A stretch of DNA of 63,880 nt, filler included, from Choristocarpus tenellus KU-1152 (lineage: Eukaryota > Protista > Phaeophyceae): the NCBI GenBank assembly GCA_964200185.2. It is 10 parts of 10 records of this genome, joined end to end, with 100 filler letters (N's around TTAATTAATTAA, not from the genome) between each part and the next. Parts side by side here need not be neighbours in the genome. Positions count along the whole stretch, not along the records: positions 46,004 to 54,691 come from CAXNAD020004445.1; positions 54,792 to 61,250 come from CAXNAD020008099.1; positions 61,351 to 63,880 come from CAXNAD020027018.1; 7 more parts are not named here. One strand, given 5' to 3'. The number at the start of each line of letters is the position of its first letter. Within the stretch, counting starts at the first letter, position 1. The position numbers and the translations under genes are program-made. This document shows, one piece after another, positions 52,702 to 63,036 of this stretch. The notes beneath the pieces are model-generated. The model made no database searches and was not told the DNA's origin. It saw only the letters and a list, made by a program, of their open reading frames with translations.

Positions 52702-54600
52702 ATGAAGTCAGGTTCCTCCCGCCACCCCTCCCCTCTGGCGCATGCCATCGCTGGGGCAGTAGGTGCTGTACTTGCGATGGCGGTTCTTTACCCTCTCGAC
52801 CAAGTCAGGACTATCCTACAGGTGAAGTTACAGAGACAAGTGGGATCACGATGCTGTGGGTTTTCTAATAAAGGATTTGTGACAAACAGAGCTAACTTGG
52901 CATCCATAGTTTGACTGATCCTATGCAAGCTTCTTTCTCCAACTTCCATACCTGATGCTGTACATCAACGACCTACCCCAAGGTGGACGACAATGTAGCC
53001 GCGGAGTGTGCAGGACCTGACGGGGGTGGCATTGTGGGGGCATTGACTGTCATCGTACGCAGGAATGGACGGTCGGCCCTCTGGAGGGGTATGGTTCCGG
53101 TGCTTATCACGATGGGAACCTCGAACTTCGTCTACTTCTACTGCTTCAGTACTCTCAAGGTGTGTTCTTATCCACAATCTGTCCTGGGAGAGATGTCCAC
53201 TGGGACGCTATCTTCTAGCCATATGCCTAGGTTCTACGGGAGAGGAGAAAATTGAACAATTCTTAGGAAGGAGCGGTCCTAATCTTTTTCCAATCAAATG
53301 GAAAGACAGAAGTCTTAGATCCATTACCCTAGGGTTGTGTAGTGCAACTTGGGCAAACTAACCAACACATACTGCCATCATCACTTGAGCCTTGGCTTGT
53401 GAGCTGCTTTTCAACCCCTCTCCTCCCTCCTTCAGCATCATTAGCTCAGACCAACACCATTATACTCTCCCTCTATGGCAGGCCCTCATCATCTTGAGAA
53501 GCAAGCCATATCAGGGGCTCAGCGTGCCCGTTCCAGCCCAGGGAGACATAAACCAGTCTGTGCGGAGAGGCCTTACGCCTTTGGAGAGTACCGCTGCGTC
53601 AACCATATCGGGTATTGTCAATGTCCTTACAACAACCCCATTATGGGTATCCAACCTTCGGATCAAGGCGGGTAGGGGCAAGGGAAACCTCTTCTCCACG
53701 ATGGCGGACATTGGATAGTGAGTGTGAAAACCACGAAGAGTTGTGAACTATCTCCTTATGACAGGGTGAACTGGGTGGCGATGCTTTGGTGTAGGCATGT
53801 GGCATGACAGCAGGATGCTACAAGGAGATGATTAGTTCTTTCGTCAGGCGTATATAGATTGAGTGTTTTGCTGACTTGATGAGGGTGAATGCCATAGGTA
53901 AAGGAAAAATGAACCTGCACGGACGCACCAGGAGCAACATCTGTAATCTCTCTCAAGTCCTCCCCCCACCTTCTGTGTTTTCAGAGCCAGATAGTTCAGG
54001 ACTGATCTTGCCTCACTAAAGATTCTAAACCACTCATTCATTTTCAATACTGAAAACCTTCACTTTCCAAAGGGCCAGCTGACATTTTTTTATCTTTCAC
54101 TAGACAACGGTCAGCCGTTGGTTGAGATGTAGAGGTGTGATGCACTTTGGTGAGGCCTTGGACAACGCTTGTGCATCTGTTTTTGTATTTCTCGATATAC
54201 CAAGCCATCATGTAATTGATGGATGACTACGGAAGATGCGGAATCCTTCCTAACCCCCCCTGCAACTGGATAACTTAGACTTTGTCGACCAAGAAGTGCA
54301 CCTCCACCTTTTAAACACTCTTCTAAAGAATGAATGGGTGATCATGATAAGATCCTATCCCTGGTTGGAACATTGTTACCCTCAATGGTTCGTATGTATA
54401 TTGGTAGCATACCTTGGTATAACAGCTTCCCCCACCTCTCTCCCTTCCAAATTTCGTTAATTCCTCCTTCAGCAAGGAAGGTGTTGGGGCACTTTGGTCT
54501 GGTGTTGCTCCTTCCTTGTTACTTGTCTTGAACCCCATAATCCAGTTTGTGGTGTACGAAAACCTGAAGCAGGCATTACAAGATCGATCCAAAGCACTCA
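52702..54600 (+). CDS. Mitochondrial-carrier-family protein, peroxisomal PMP34/SLC25A17-like, 5' part; exons 52702-52821, 52983-53159, 53482-53717, 54473-(end uncertain)
   Basis: [29 protein letters not shown] (Px[DE]xx[KR]); SNFVYFY; [20 protein letters not shown] (PLWV typical of PMP34); [32 protein letters not shown]. Confidence 0.85.
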
Positions 54601-54791
54601 TCTTGATAAGAGGGGGGGGGGCAGGAGTGGGGAGAGGGACGTTGATGGTAGATGGGGAGGAGGTGATTCCGCAGAAATAATATATAAACAGNNNNNNNNN
54701 NNNNNNNNNNNNNNNNNNNNNNNNNNNNNNNNNNNTTAATTAATTAANNNNNNNNNNNNNNNNNNNNNNNNNNNNNNNNNNNNNNNNNNNN

Positions 54792-55164
54792 TTTGATGTA
54801 ATTTTGGCCATGGTATTTGTTAGGAGGTGTCAATGACCCAAAGTATCTGGGGGGGGGGGGTGTCTACGCCAGGGTGTCTATTTGACCTCAAATCAGGAAA
54901 AGTGTATTTACATTATCCCTTCGACGTATGCAACCAAATCACCCAGAAATCGCGACATGAAAAAAACGACCCCAAATGGACAGCCTCCACCCCCCCCAGA
55001 TACTTTAAGCCAATATCCATGTTCTGGACACACCTTTTCATAATGTATACATTTTACCTACTCCGAAACACTTTGGAGTAGGAAAATGTCATAATAACTA
55101 TGGGAAGTCAAGCCCCAAATGGACAACCAGGGCAAATCTCGTACCCTCTAAGATACTTTCACTC
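54792..55164 (+). mobile_element. MITE family A (left end lost at linker) carrying a nested family B copy
   Basis: Family A body resumes after 55011 and ends GTACCCTCTAAGATACTTTCACTC. Confidence 0.85.
54835..55011 (+). mobile_element. MITE family B, full copy, 177 bp, nested in family A
   Basis: GACCCAAAGTATCT-polyG ... polyC-AGATACTTTAAGCC; duplicates AAT of the empty site GTCAATATCC seen in other family A copies. Confidence 0.9.
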
Positions 55165-55851
55165 AGTGGTGCAGCATAGGTGGTAGAAAAATAGTAAATA
55201 GATGACAACGGTTACCTTTTTAGGGGTTATCCTGACATGTGCATTAGTTTTCCTTGGTTTTTCCCCTGACACATAGGGAAAATGTCTGAGGGCATAATAA
55301 TAAAAATATTACACAGTATAAGGAGTAGAATAATATCCGAAACGATTTCTTGCACCGGAATACTTTCCCACCAACCAAAATAGCTCCCTTATACTTCCCT
55401 GATTCTAGCATCTCCCTGACCATAGATGTTGTGGAATGTGGAACAAGTCACTACGGCGTAGCTGTCTGCAGTTAAGAACTTGTTGAAGCTGTTGTTGGTG
55501 GATTATGGAAAGCGGGGATATAGAATTAGCGTTGATAATGTTTCTATCACCAGAAGGTAAAATGGGTATACAGAACCTGACAGAGAGACACTGGCCAGAA
55601 CATTGAACGTTGTCTAAAAAAATGCACTGGAAACACTTTGGAAGGGGGAGAACCATAAAAAAAATGCCAAACACCAAACAAACACACATGAAAAATAGAA
55701 GAAATATTACCTTCCTTCTTCAGCCTTCTGTTTTGAGTGCTTCGCTAGGTCCACAACTCCTGGCCTCAATGAGTTGTGAGTGCTGATGTCAGTGTCGAAG
55801 TGCAGTTCTGGTGTTTAATTTCATTTTTTACCGTTCTGCGGTTGCAACATA

Positions 55852-56125
55852 GAACCGAAGTGAACGAGAGGTACCCAGGTTTTGACTGTTGTGCATATTA
55901 AGCCAGTTTATTTAATTTCGTTTTTTTTTTCACAATTCACTCTTTTTTCTATTAATGAAGTGCTAAGTTTGATGTAAGAGTGTTGATTTCTCTATTGTTT
56001 GAGACTCTTCGATAGAATTCAGAAAATGCTCTACATGCTTTTGTGAAAAACATCGAATTTTGTGTATATTTATTAATTAGCATCCATAAAATGGACCTCT
56101 GAGTACCTCTCGTTTACTTTGACTC
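55852..56125 (+). mobile_element. MITE family D copy, followed by a (TAT)n microsatellite to ~56183
   Basis: GAACCGAAGTGAACGAGAGGTAC ... GTACCTCTCGTTTACTTTGACTC; homologous to 34310-34566. Confidence 0.75.
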
Positions 56126-56528
56126 GTATTGTTATTATTATTGTTACTATTATTGTTATTATTATTGATATTATTATTATTATCCTCCGTATTGTATGGC
56201 ATTTATGGTGAGTTGCACATCGTGTATGCAACAATAACAGTCTCGATACATAGCCATGATTGACACATCCACCACTGATCCATCTCTAATTCATACACAA
56301 AATACACTACAATTCAATAGTAACTCTCCAAAAGGTGTGGTGATCCATTGTCTAACAATTGAACCAGCAGGACAAAAGACAAATAAAGACAATAATGACC
56401 TATATATTGCACTCTCACCTTTGCCACAATATCCCTATATATGATGATAAAGGTTCTGTACTGCAAGCCAGTTCAGAGCTGTTGATATTGTGGGCAATAG
56501 TGCTGGTTGAAGGACAACTAATTCTTAC

Positions 56529-59500
56529 CGAACATGGCCTGGCGACAAAGTTGATGAAATCAGACTGGCTCTTTGCCAGTTGGTGTCCCACCCTGTTGCA
56601 CAGTGGAGAGATGGGCACCCCTGCCTCCAATTCCAGGTCCCCTTGCCTGTGAAATTCCTCTGCCAATAGCAAGTTGGTGTGGTGGGGGGAGTAGATGTCA
56701 GCTGCTACAAATGATATGATGCGTGAGAAAGACCAAAACGTCAGAAATTTGCAGAAAACAAATATGTTTAGGGAGGAAAACGGTGTGGCACAAAACACAA
56801 CCGTATAATTCACATCTTTATAGAAAGGTGTATGAAATACTTACAGCAATGTACACATAAAGTTATATTAAAAAAAATACTTGTTTTGCCTTTGGGAAAA
56901 AATAGAAGGTCTTCACCGCTGTGCAACCTTCCCGTTCCGCTACCAATCTAATAATTTTTATTCTACTTTTTTCAACATGATCGCCATTCACCGGCATGTC
57001 TGCGCTCCATAGAGGAATGTCATCTTTTTGTTGGCCCTGGCACAACAATACTTAGCAACACCGATAATGGATCCTGTATAACTCCTCAGCTCTTGACATT
57101 TTCTAAGGTCCAGTACTTACGTCCTACAGGAGCACATCCTCGAGTGCTGTTCCTACCTTTTTTTCATTTACGAGAGTCTCTTTTTCTTCTTCTGCAGTTG
57201 CATTCATCAAAAAGAAAAAGAAGCAGAGGGGGTTTCTCAATGCAAAAAAGAAAATCTTTGGGCTACTAATTTTTTCTCCCACTTTTCAGAATTGTCACCC
57301 TTGTCTTAATCACTTACATTGTCAATTTTCTCGTGCACATCAAGGAATTAAGGTTCTACTGTAGAAGGTTTAGGGTTAGGGTTGGGGCTAAGGTTAAGGT
57401 TCTACTGTACCAGGCAACAGCACTGTCAGAATCTTCAATGGTCTACGAACAAAGGTGTTCAAGAGTAGGGTGGATCATGGCCATCTTTGGTGTGCAAAGG
57501 GGCTAATTATTGTGATGCCTGGTACCCCATTTTCATGGTCCAATTTTCATGTACACCAATTCGGAGTCTATTGATGTAGAAGAAAAGAGAGCCAAAGTAT
57601 CTACAGCTGTAGAGCCGCGTCCATTTGGGGCCAAAACTCCAATGTTGCGATTTTGATGTGATTTTGGCTATTGCGTTTGTTAGGAAGTGTCAATATCCTT
57701 GTTCCGGACACACCTTTTGATAACATACATATTATACCTACTCCGAAACATTTTGGAGTAGGTAAAATATCATTAAAGTCCCTTGGGAAGCCAACCCCCA
57801 AATGGACAAATAGGGCAAGACTTGTACCCTCTAAGATAACTTCACTCAGACCTTGTGTGGATAGATGTCCTGGCATTGGATTGGAGGATGTAGGGACTCA
57901 ATGATGCAAATCAGATAGAAATAATAAGACATCATTTAATAAAAGTGGCACCTCCCTTTGGAATCCTTTGACTCTATCCCTAACCCTAACCCAAACCCTA
58001 ACCCTAACCCTAACCATGACGGTAACGCTACAAGATATTTTCACTCCCCCAAATAAGCAAAGGCTAATGTTCTGATTGTACTCAGTGTACCTAGTTCAAA
58101 ATGTTATCAACCATCTTGGTTCACGTATAGCACCTTTCACTATACATGCAATATCCACAGCGAATAACCAAAATCTAGAAGAGAGTGAAAGTATCTTAGA
58201 GGGTACGAGTTTTGCCCTTTTTGTCCATTTGGGGCTTGACACCCCACAGGTTTTAAATGACGTACTACCTCCTTCAAAATGTTTCCGAGTAGGTAAAATG
58301 TATACACTATGAAAAGATGTGTCCGGAACAAGGATATTGACATCTCCTAACGATTACGATTGCCAAAATTACATCAAAATCACAATATTGGATTTTGGCC
58401 TCCAAATGGACGCGGATCTACTCTCTAAGATACTTTGACTCAAGACATGTCATCCAGCAGGGTGCTCAGTTCATGCTAGCCTTTACTACATCCTTACCTA
58501 CTCCAGCGTAGCACAACTTCATTTTTGCACCTCATCATTTCATTTTTTCTGCGCTCTACAACCCTCTTGTGCAATCTCGCCTGTTATCAAGTTGGTCCAA
58601 GCCAAGTGAAGCTCCCAAGGCTTTGACGGGTGAGATACATCGGCCACCTTAATGACCATCTGCATCAACAGGATCTGAGCCTGCAATGGATCAGTTGCAC
58701 TCCCCCCAACCCCACCCTTCCCTGACCCTCCCTTCCCAGTCCCACTAAAGGACAGGCCTCCTTCCAAGGCCATGTCCGGCACTATGCTTGCCCGACGTCC
58801 ACCTTTGGTAGTACTGGATGCCTGGAAACGAGAAACATACTCAAAACCATACGCAAGGTCGGTCGCCAGAACAATCTGGGTGGAAGGAGGGAAAAATCCC
58901 GGAAAAATCGCGGAAAGGTTGTTGAAAAGGTTGTGGAAAGGTGAGGTGAACGATGAGTGAGACATGAGGAGGGTGGGAATGCAGGATAGGTTTATGATGA
59001 AAGGAAAGAGGGAGGAAAGCAATCCCACGGAAAGAATGGGGGTCATCCAAAAGGTCAGGCTGATCGTAACTACTCCGCCAGAATTTGTGCCAGAGATCGC
59101 ACCTCCTCATCTGAGTTCGTGCCTTAGAGGTGATCCAGAGGTGCCGTTCAGAAGTTCAAAATACGCACATACTGTGCCACTTTTCTTGGGCTATTTGTGA
59201 CTGCTTCGAATTCTGATTTTTGATTTGACATCAGGGAGGAAGCACCTCTCAAGGAAATATATGGTTGCAGGATACGACTTGTCATTAAAAAGGCGGATTT
59301 CGTCACTTTTTGATCGCCCAGGAATCCAGTCATATTGCCCGTAGAGTATCAATTTGACAATCGCTTCTATACTCTATATGCACAATGCATGACTGGATTT
59401 CTAGACCGCCAAAAAGTGCCGAAATCCAAATTTTTAATGACGAGTCATATATTGCAACCATGGATTTCCTCGAGAGCTGCTTCCTTCCTGATCTCCATTC

Positions 59501-60736
59501 AAATATCCGAACTCGATCACCCATGTATAGCCCAAGAAAAACTACACTGTATGCATGAATTTTGCACTTCTGAACGGCATCTCTAGACCGGCGGGTGACC
59601 TCCATTCATCTTTGGTGACACTCGGTGTGGCAGAGCTATGATATTCACAATGACATTATTTTATATACACACATCTCATTTACCATCGCCTGCCTCCACC
59701 AACTCAATAAAGATAGGAGGGCTTCATACTTCCAGTTCCCTAGGAATTGTAGAATTGTTTGTTTGTTACATCCTCTGAATCAGACTCTGAAATTGTGGCA
59801 ATTGCCAAAACAATCTGGTGCCTTCAACAAGCCTCTAAGCACTGCGCTCTCCAGTTCAGGGTTGGATCCATATAAAACTTCCGACCGAAGAAGTTTTGCC
59901 GCCTTATGGAGGATGTGTGCCTTAGCTACCAAGCATCAATTTCAAACCTCCTATGCCGCATACATACCAACTTGATCATGCCCCTGTTGCACCAATGAGG
60001 CAATCCACATAGAGTTGTTTGTAGTCCCTCCAAACTTTATTGCAGGTTCTTGTCAGGGCAACATCTGCAATCGGCAAGTACCCCCCCCACCCCCTTCCTT
60101 ATAATTTGAGCACACCTTAATTAATAGCTGTCGAAATTGGTGTCTCTCCTCCTCACTCAGTCCATTGAGGATATTGTATTTATCCTGTCCAAACACTCTG
60201 AATGCCTCCGCCAGGTGAAAATTCTCGAGCACAGATGCATCATTGTAGGTGATAGCAAGAGGGTCATCCACCTGCCATTGTTCAGAACCCATAAACACTA
60301 TCAACAGCAGTAGGAGAAGAAAAGCACCAACATGACCAGCAGCCATTATAGCGCTAACATTGGAGTATATGTATATATCTGCACACACGTGCATAATTTG
60401 GTGGGTGGTGTTGGGAGTTGTTGTTCTTGTGTCGTTTCCTTGAGGCCCCAGCCTCAATTTTGAAGTGGTGATATGAACTCCCCTCAAAATGGTGAAATAT
60501 GTGGATCGAACAGAATATGGGATTGTTCCATCAAAGCACACACTCTCATGTAAGGTCTATGATGAGCTGAATATAGATGTGAGGTTACCATGGTTGAGAG
60601 GTGCTGAGACGCTAACCACCTTCATCTGTCCATTTACACACACACACGCACACACACACACCTTAGTAAGATACCCATTGTTGACCCCCTTGTGGCGATA
60701 GTCGTGGACAATCGCACCAACCATCAAGGCAAAGCC
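56529..60736 (-). CDS. Class I 3',5'-cyclic nucleotide phosphodiesterase, catalytic-domain exons 60736-60662, 60271-60116, 58875-58581, 56659-56529; 5' exons beyond the contig end, 3' exons uncertain
   Basis: HDYRHKGVNN (HD signature), LAITYNDASVLENFHLAEAF, IVLATDL, IKVADVSHPSKPW...WTNLITEEFHRQGDLE...ISPLCNR...KSQSDFINFV (invariant Gln). Confidence 0.92.
57589..57847 (+). mobile_element. MITE family A, full copy (PDE intron)
   Basis: Family A TIRs; AGA/AGA flanks. Confidence 0.85.
57978..58015. repeat. Interstitial telomere-like (CCCTAA)n tract (related tracts at 57368-57400, 61700-61727, 62259-62334)
   Basis: CCCTAACCCTAACCCAAACCCTAACCCTAACCCTAACC. Confidence 0.8.
58183..58441 (-). mobile_element. 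MITE family A, full copy (PDE intron)
   Basis: Family A TIRs; perfect 4-bp TSD AAGA. Confidence 0.88.
59136..59586. mobile_element. Foldback/long-TIR palindromic element, ~450 bp, in a PDE intron
   Basis: Arms of ~200 bp are imperfect reverse complements (AGAGGTGCCGTTCAGAAGT/ACTTCTGAACGGCATCTCT; TTTTCTTGGGCTAT/ATAGCCCAAGAAAA; AATCCAGTCAT/ATGACTGGATT), pairing almost to the centre (~59350-59368). Confidence 0.8.
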
Positions 60737-61047
60737 CTGCAATGCCTTTATCCCAGAGGAAATAATCTGTTGCAAGTGGTGGAGGGGTTCACTAATAGTG
60801 ACCGCTCTTTGTGGTCAAGGATCAGGGTTGGTCTTCAACCTCCTGTTGTGTATGGCCTTTGGTACATGCATATGCTGGAATCGTTTTTGGGAGCGGCAGT
60901 ATAACTGATAGATATTTTTACAAAGCAACTGCCAAACAAAACCGGTTTCTTGTTCAACCAACTTGTGCCCTGCTGTGTGGGATATAGCAGGGCAGTGCAT
61001 CAATACATGTGCTGCATATACATACATATAAATTCGGACAAATCATT

Positions 61048-61222
61048 GACCCAAAGTATCTGGGGGAGGGGGGGGGGTCTACACCGGGGTGTCCATTTGG
61101 GCCAAACCCAGGAAAAGTACACTTTCATTATCCATCCGACTTATGGAACCAAATCACCCAAAAATAGTGACATGAAAAAATTGGCCCCAAATGGACAGCC
61201 GCCACCCCCCCCCCCCCCGATA
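61048..61222 (+). mobile_element. MITE family B copy (right TIR damaged)
   Basis: GACCCAAAGTATCT-polyG, GTGTCCATTTGG, body homologous to 54835-55011. Confidence 0.8.
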
Positions 61223-61350
61223 AGTTGCGCCATCAATTGATATAGACAGANNNNNNNNNNNNNNNNNNNNNNNNNNNNNNNNNNNNNNNNNNNNTTAATT
61301 AATTAANNNNNNNNNNNNNNNNNNNNNNNNNNNNNNNNNNNNNNNNNNNN

Positions 61351-61540
61351 GAGACGGGGGGGACAAGGGGGGAGGGCGGGTGGGAGGGGGCTCTACACCA
61401 GGGTGTCCATTCGGGCCCTGACCAGGAAAAGTGCAGTTCCGTTATCCATCCGACGTATGCAACCAAATCACACAAAAATCGCGACATGGAAAAATGGGCC
61501 CCAAATGGACAGCCACCCCCGCCCCCAGATACTTTGAGCC
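61351..61540 (+). mobile_element. MITE family B copy at contig start; terminus repeated again at ~61574-61589
   Basis: Family B body ending CCCCAGATACTTTGAGCC; a second CCAGATACTTTGAGCC lies about 35 bp downstream. Confidence 0.8.
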
Positions 61541-62502
61541 AATGCTGCGATGTATATTGACTCTTAACGAGACCAGATACTTTGAGCCATACCCATTCTC
61601 AAAAATGTGCTCTAGACACCACAACAACTCAAGACAACACCAACTACAACTTTCTACCCAAAAAAAAATTGAGGAGACTCACCATCCTACTCAGTTGATA
61701 ACGCTAACACTAACCCTAACCCTAACCAAGTATATGTATGATACAAAATGCTACTTAAAGCATGACCGAAAAAAAGAGCGTATGAGGTGGGGTTATAACT
61801 TGATTCCTGCAGGGAAAACGCCTGTCAGGATCTCTCAACCATCGCATCCTGACAAGCAGCACAGGCAGGACCATCACCCCCTACACCACACTACTACACT
61901 ACAGTGTCAGCTAAAATTACACTGTTGGTATGATTTACATACTTCCCTTCATTTACCCTACAAACCAAAAAGGACCCCCTGACATTGATAGATATATGTA
62001 TGTATTATGTATGTATTATGTATGTACGTTTAGACAGCTGTACGTGTTCTACGTCAAAAAAAATTAATGTACTAAAAAAAAAAGAGAGCACTCCACAGGA
62101 ACACTAGGTGATTGATTATGTTGCATCAAGACCGAGCTTTGGCATGGATAATAGTAACGCCTCCCAAAGTACGTTTAACCGGGTTAATCACCAAACGGGT
62201 CAAAACCTCCGTATTAATAAAATCATTTGATTTAGGACTGCTCCTGTCGGATACAGACAGGGTTAGGGTTAGAGTTAGGGTTAGAGTTAGGATTAGGGTT
62301 AAAACGTTCCATGCATTAGGGTTTAGGGTTAGGGCATTCTGAACAGCGTCACGTAAATCAACTTGCAGTGCACTCCCAGTAGACCTCCACTCTTCCAACT
62401 CAACAAACGTACTCTGAATCGTTTTATTTTTCAAACGATCAGCTGCAGTGAAAACCAACAGACAAACACACACACAGAGCATTCAGACACGCTCTCTTTC
62501 TT

Positions 62503-62568
62503 CACTAAATATATACACTAAAATATATACACTAAAATATATACACTAAAATATATACACTAAAATAT
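62503..62568. repeat. 14-bp minisatellite (CACTAAAATATATA) x ~4.5
   Basis: Direct tandem repeat visible in the sequence. Confidence 0.9.
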
Positions 62569-62964
62569 GTAAAGCAAAAGACCGTCATTGGAAAGAAGAA
62601 AAAAAATCACAAAAAAAGGAAAAATTGAGCGCATCACCCTCGATGCATGTGAGTGTGTAGCATGTACATCATTACAAATCCATACAGATTTGGTTCATCC
62701 CACCTGCATGGCAGCCTTGAAAGGGAGCTCACAGAGCCTCACCCACTTCAATCCAAACTCAGCCACACTTGTGTCCTTCCCATTCCTTGATCCCGACTCA
62801 GGGATAGCAGAAGTCATAACAGCACATCCCTGCATAAGAGCACCCGCCGCAGGAACAAACGGGTTTCATTACTGATAGAGCACTTACAACAATTTGGGGG
62901 TGGGGGCAATCTTTCGGGTCCTTGTATCACATTACCATACAGTAGCATGAGGGAAGGCAGACAG

Positions 62965-63036
62965 TCAAGTATGCACTCACTATCAAGTATACACTCACTA
63001 TCAAGTATGAGCTTACTGTCAAGTATATACTCAGTA
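62965..63036. repeat. 18-bp minisatellite (TCAAGTATRCACTCACTA) x ~4
   Basis: Degenerate tandem repeat visible in the sequence. Confidence 0.8.

Noticed and set aside
62313-62460. Upstream PDE exon (ADRLKNKTIQSTFVELEEW)
   Set aside because: Plausible but lies across an artificial linker, and the expected YHN/HAAD exon is not visible, so linkage cannot be supported.
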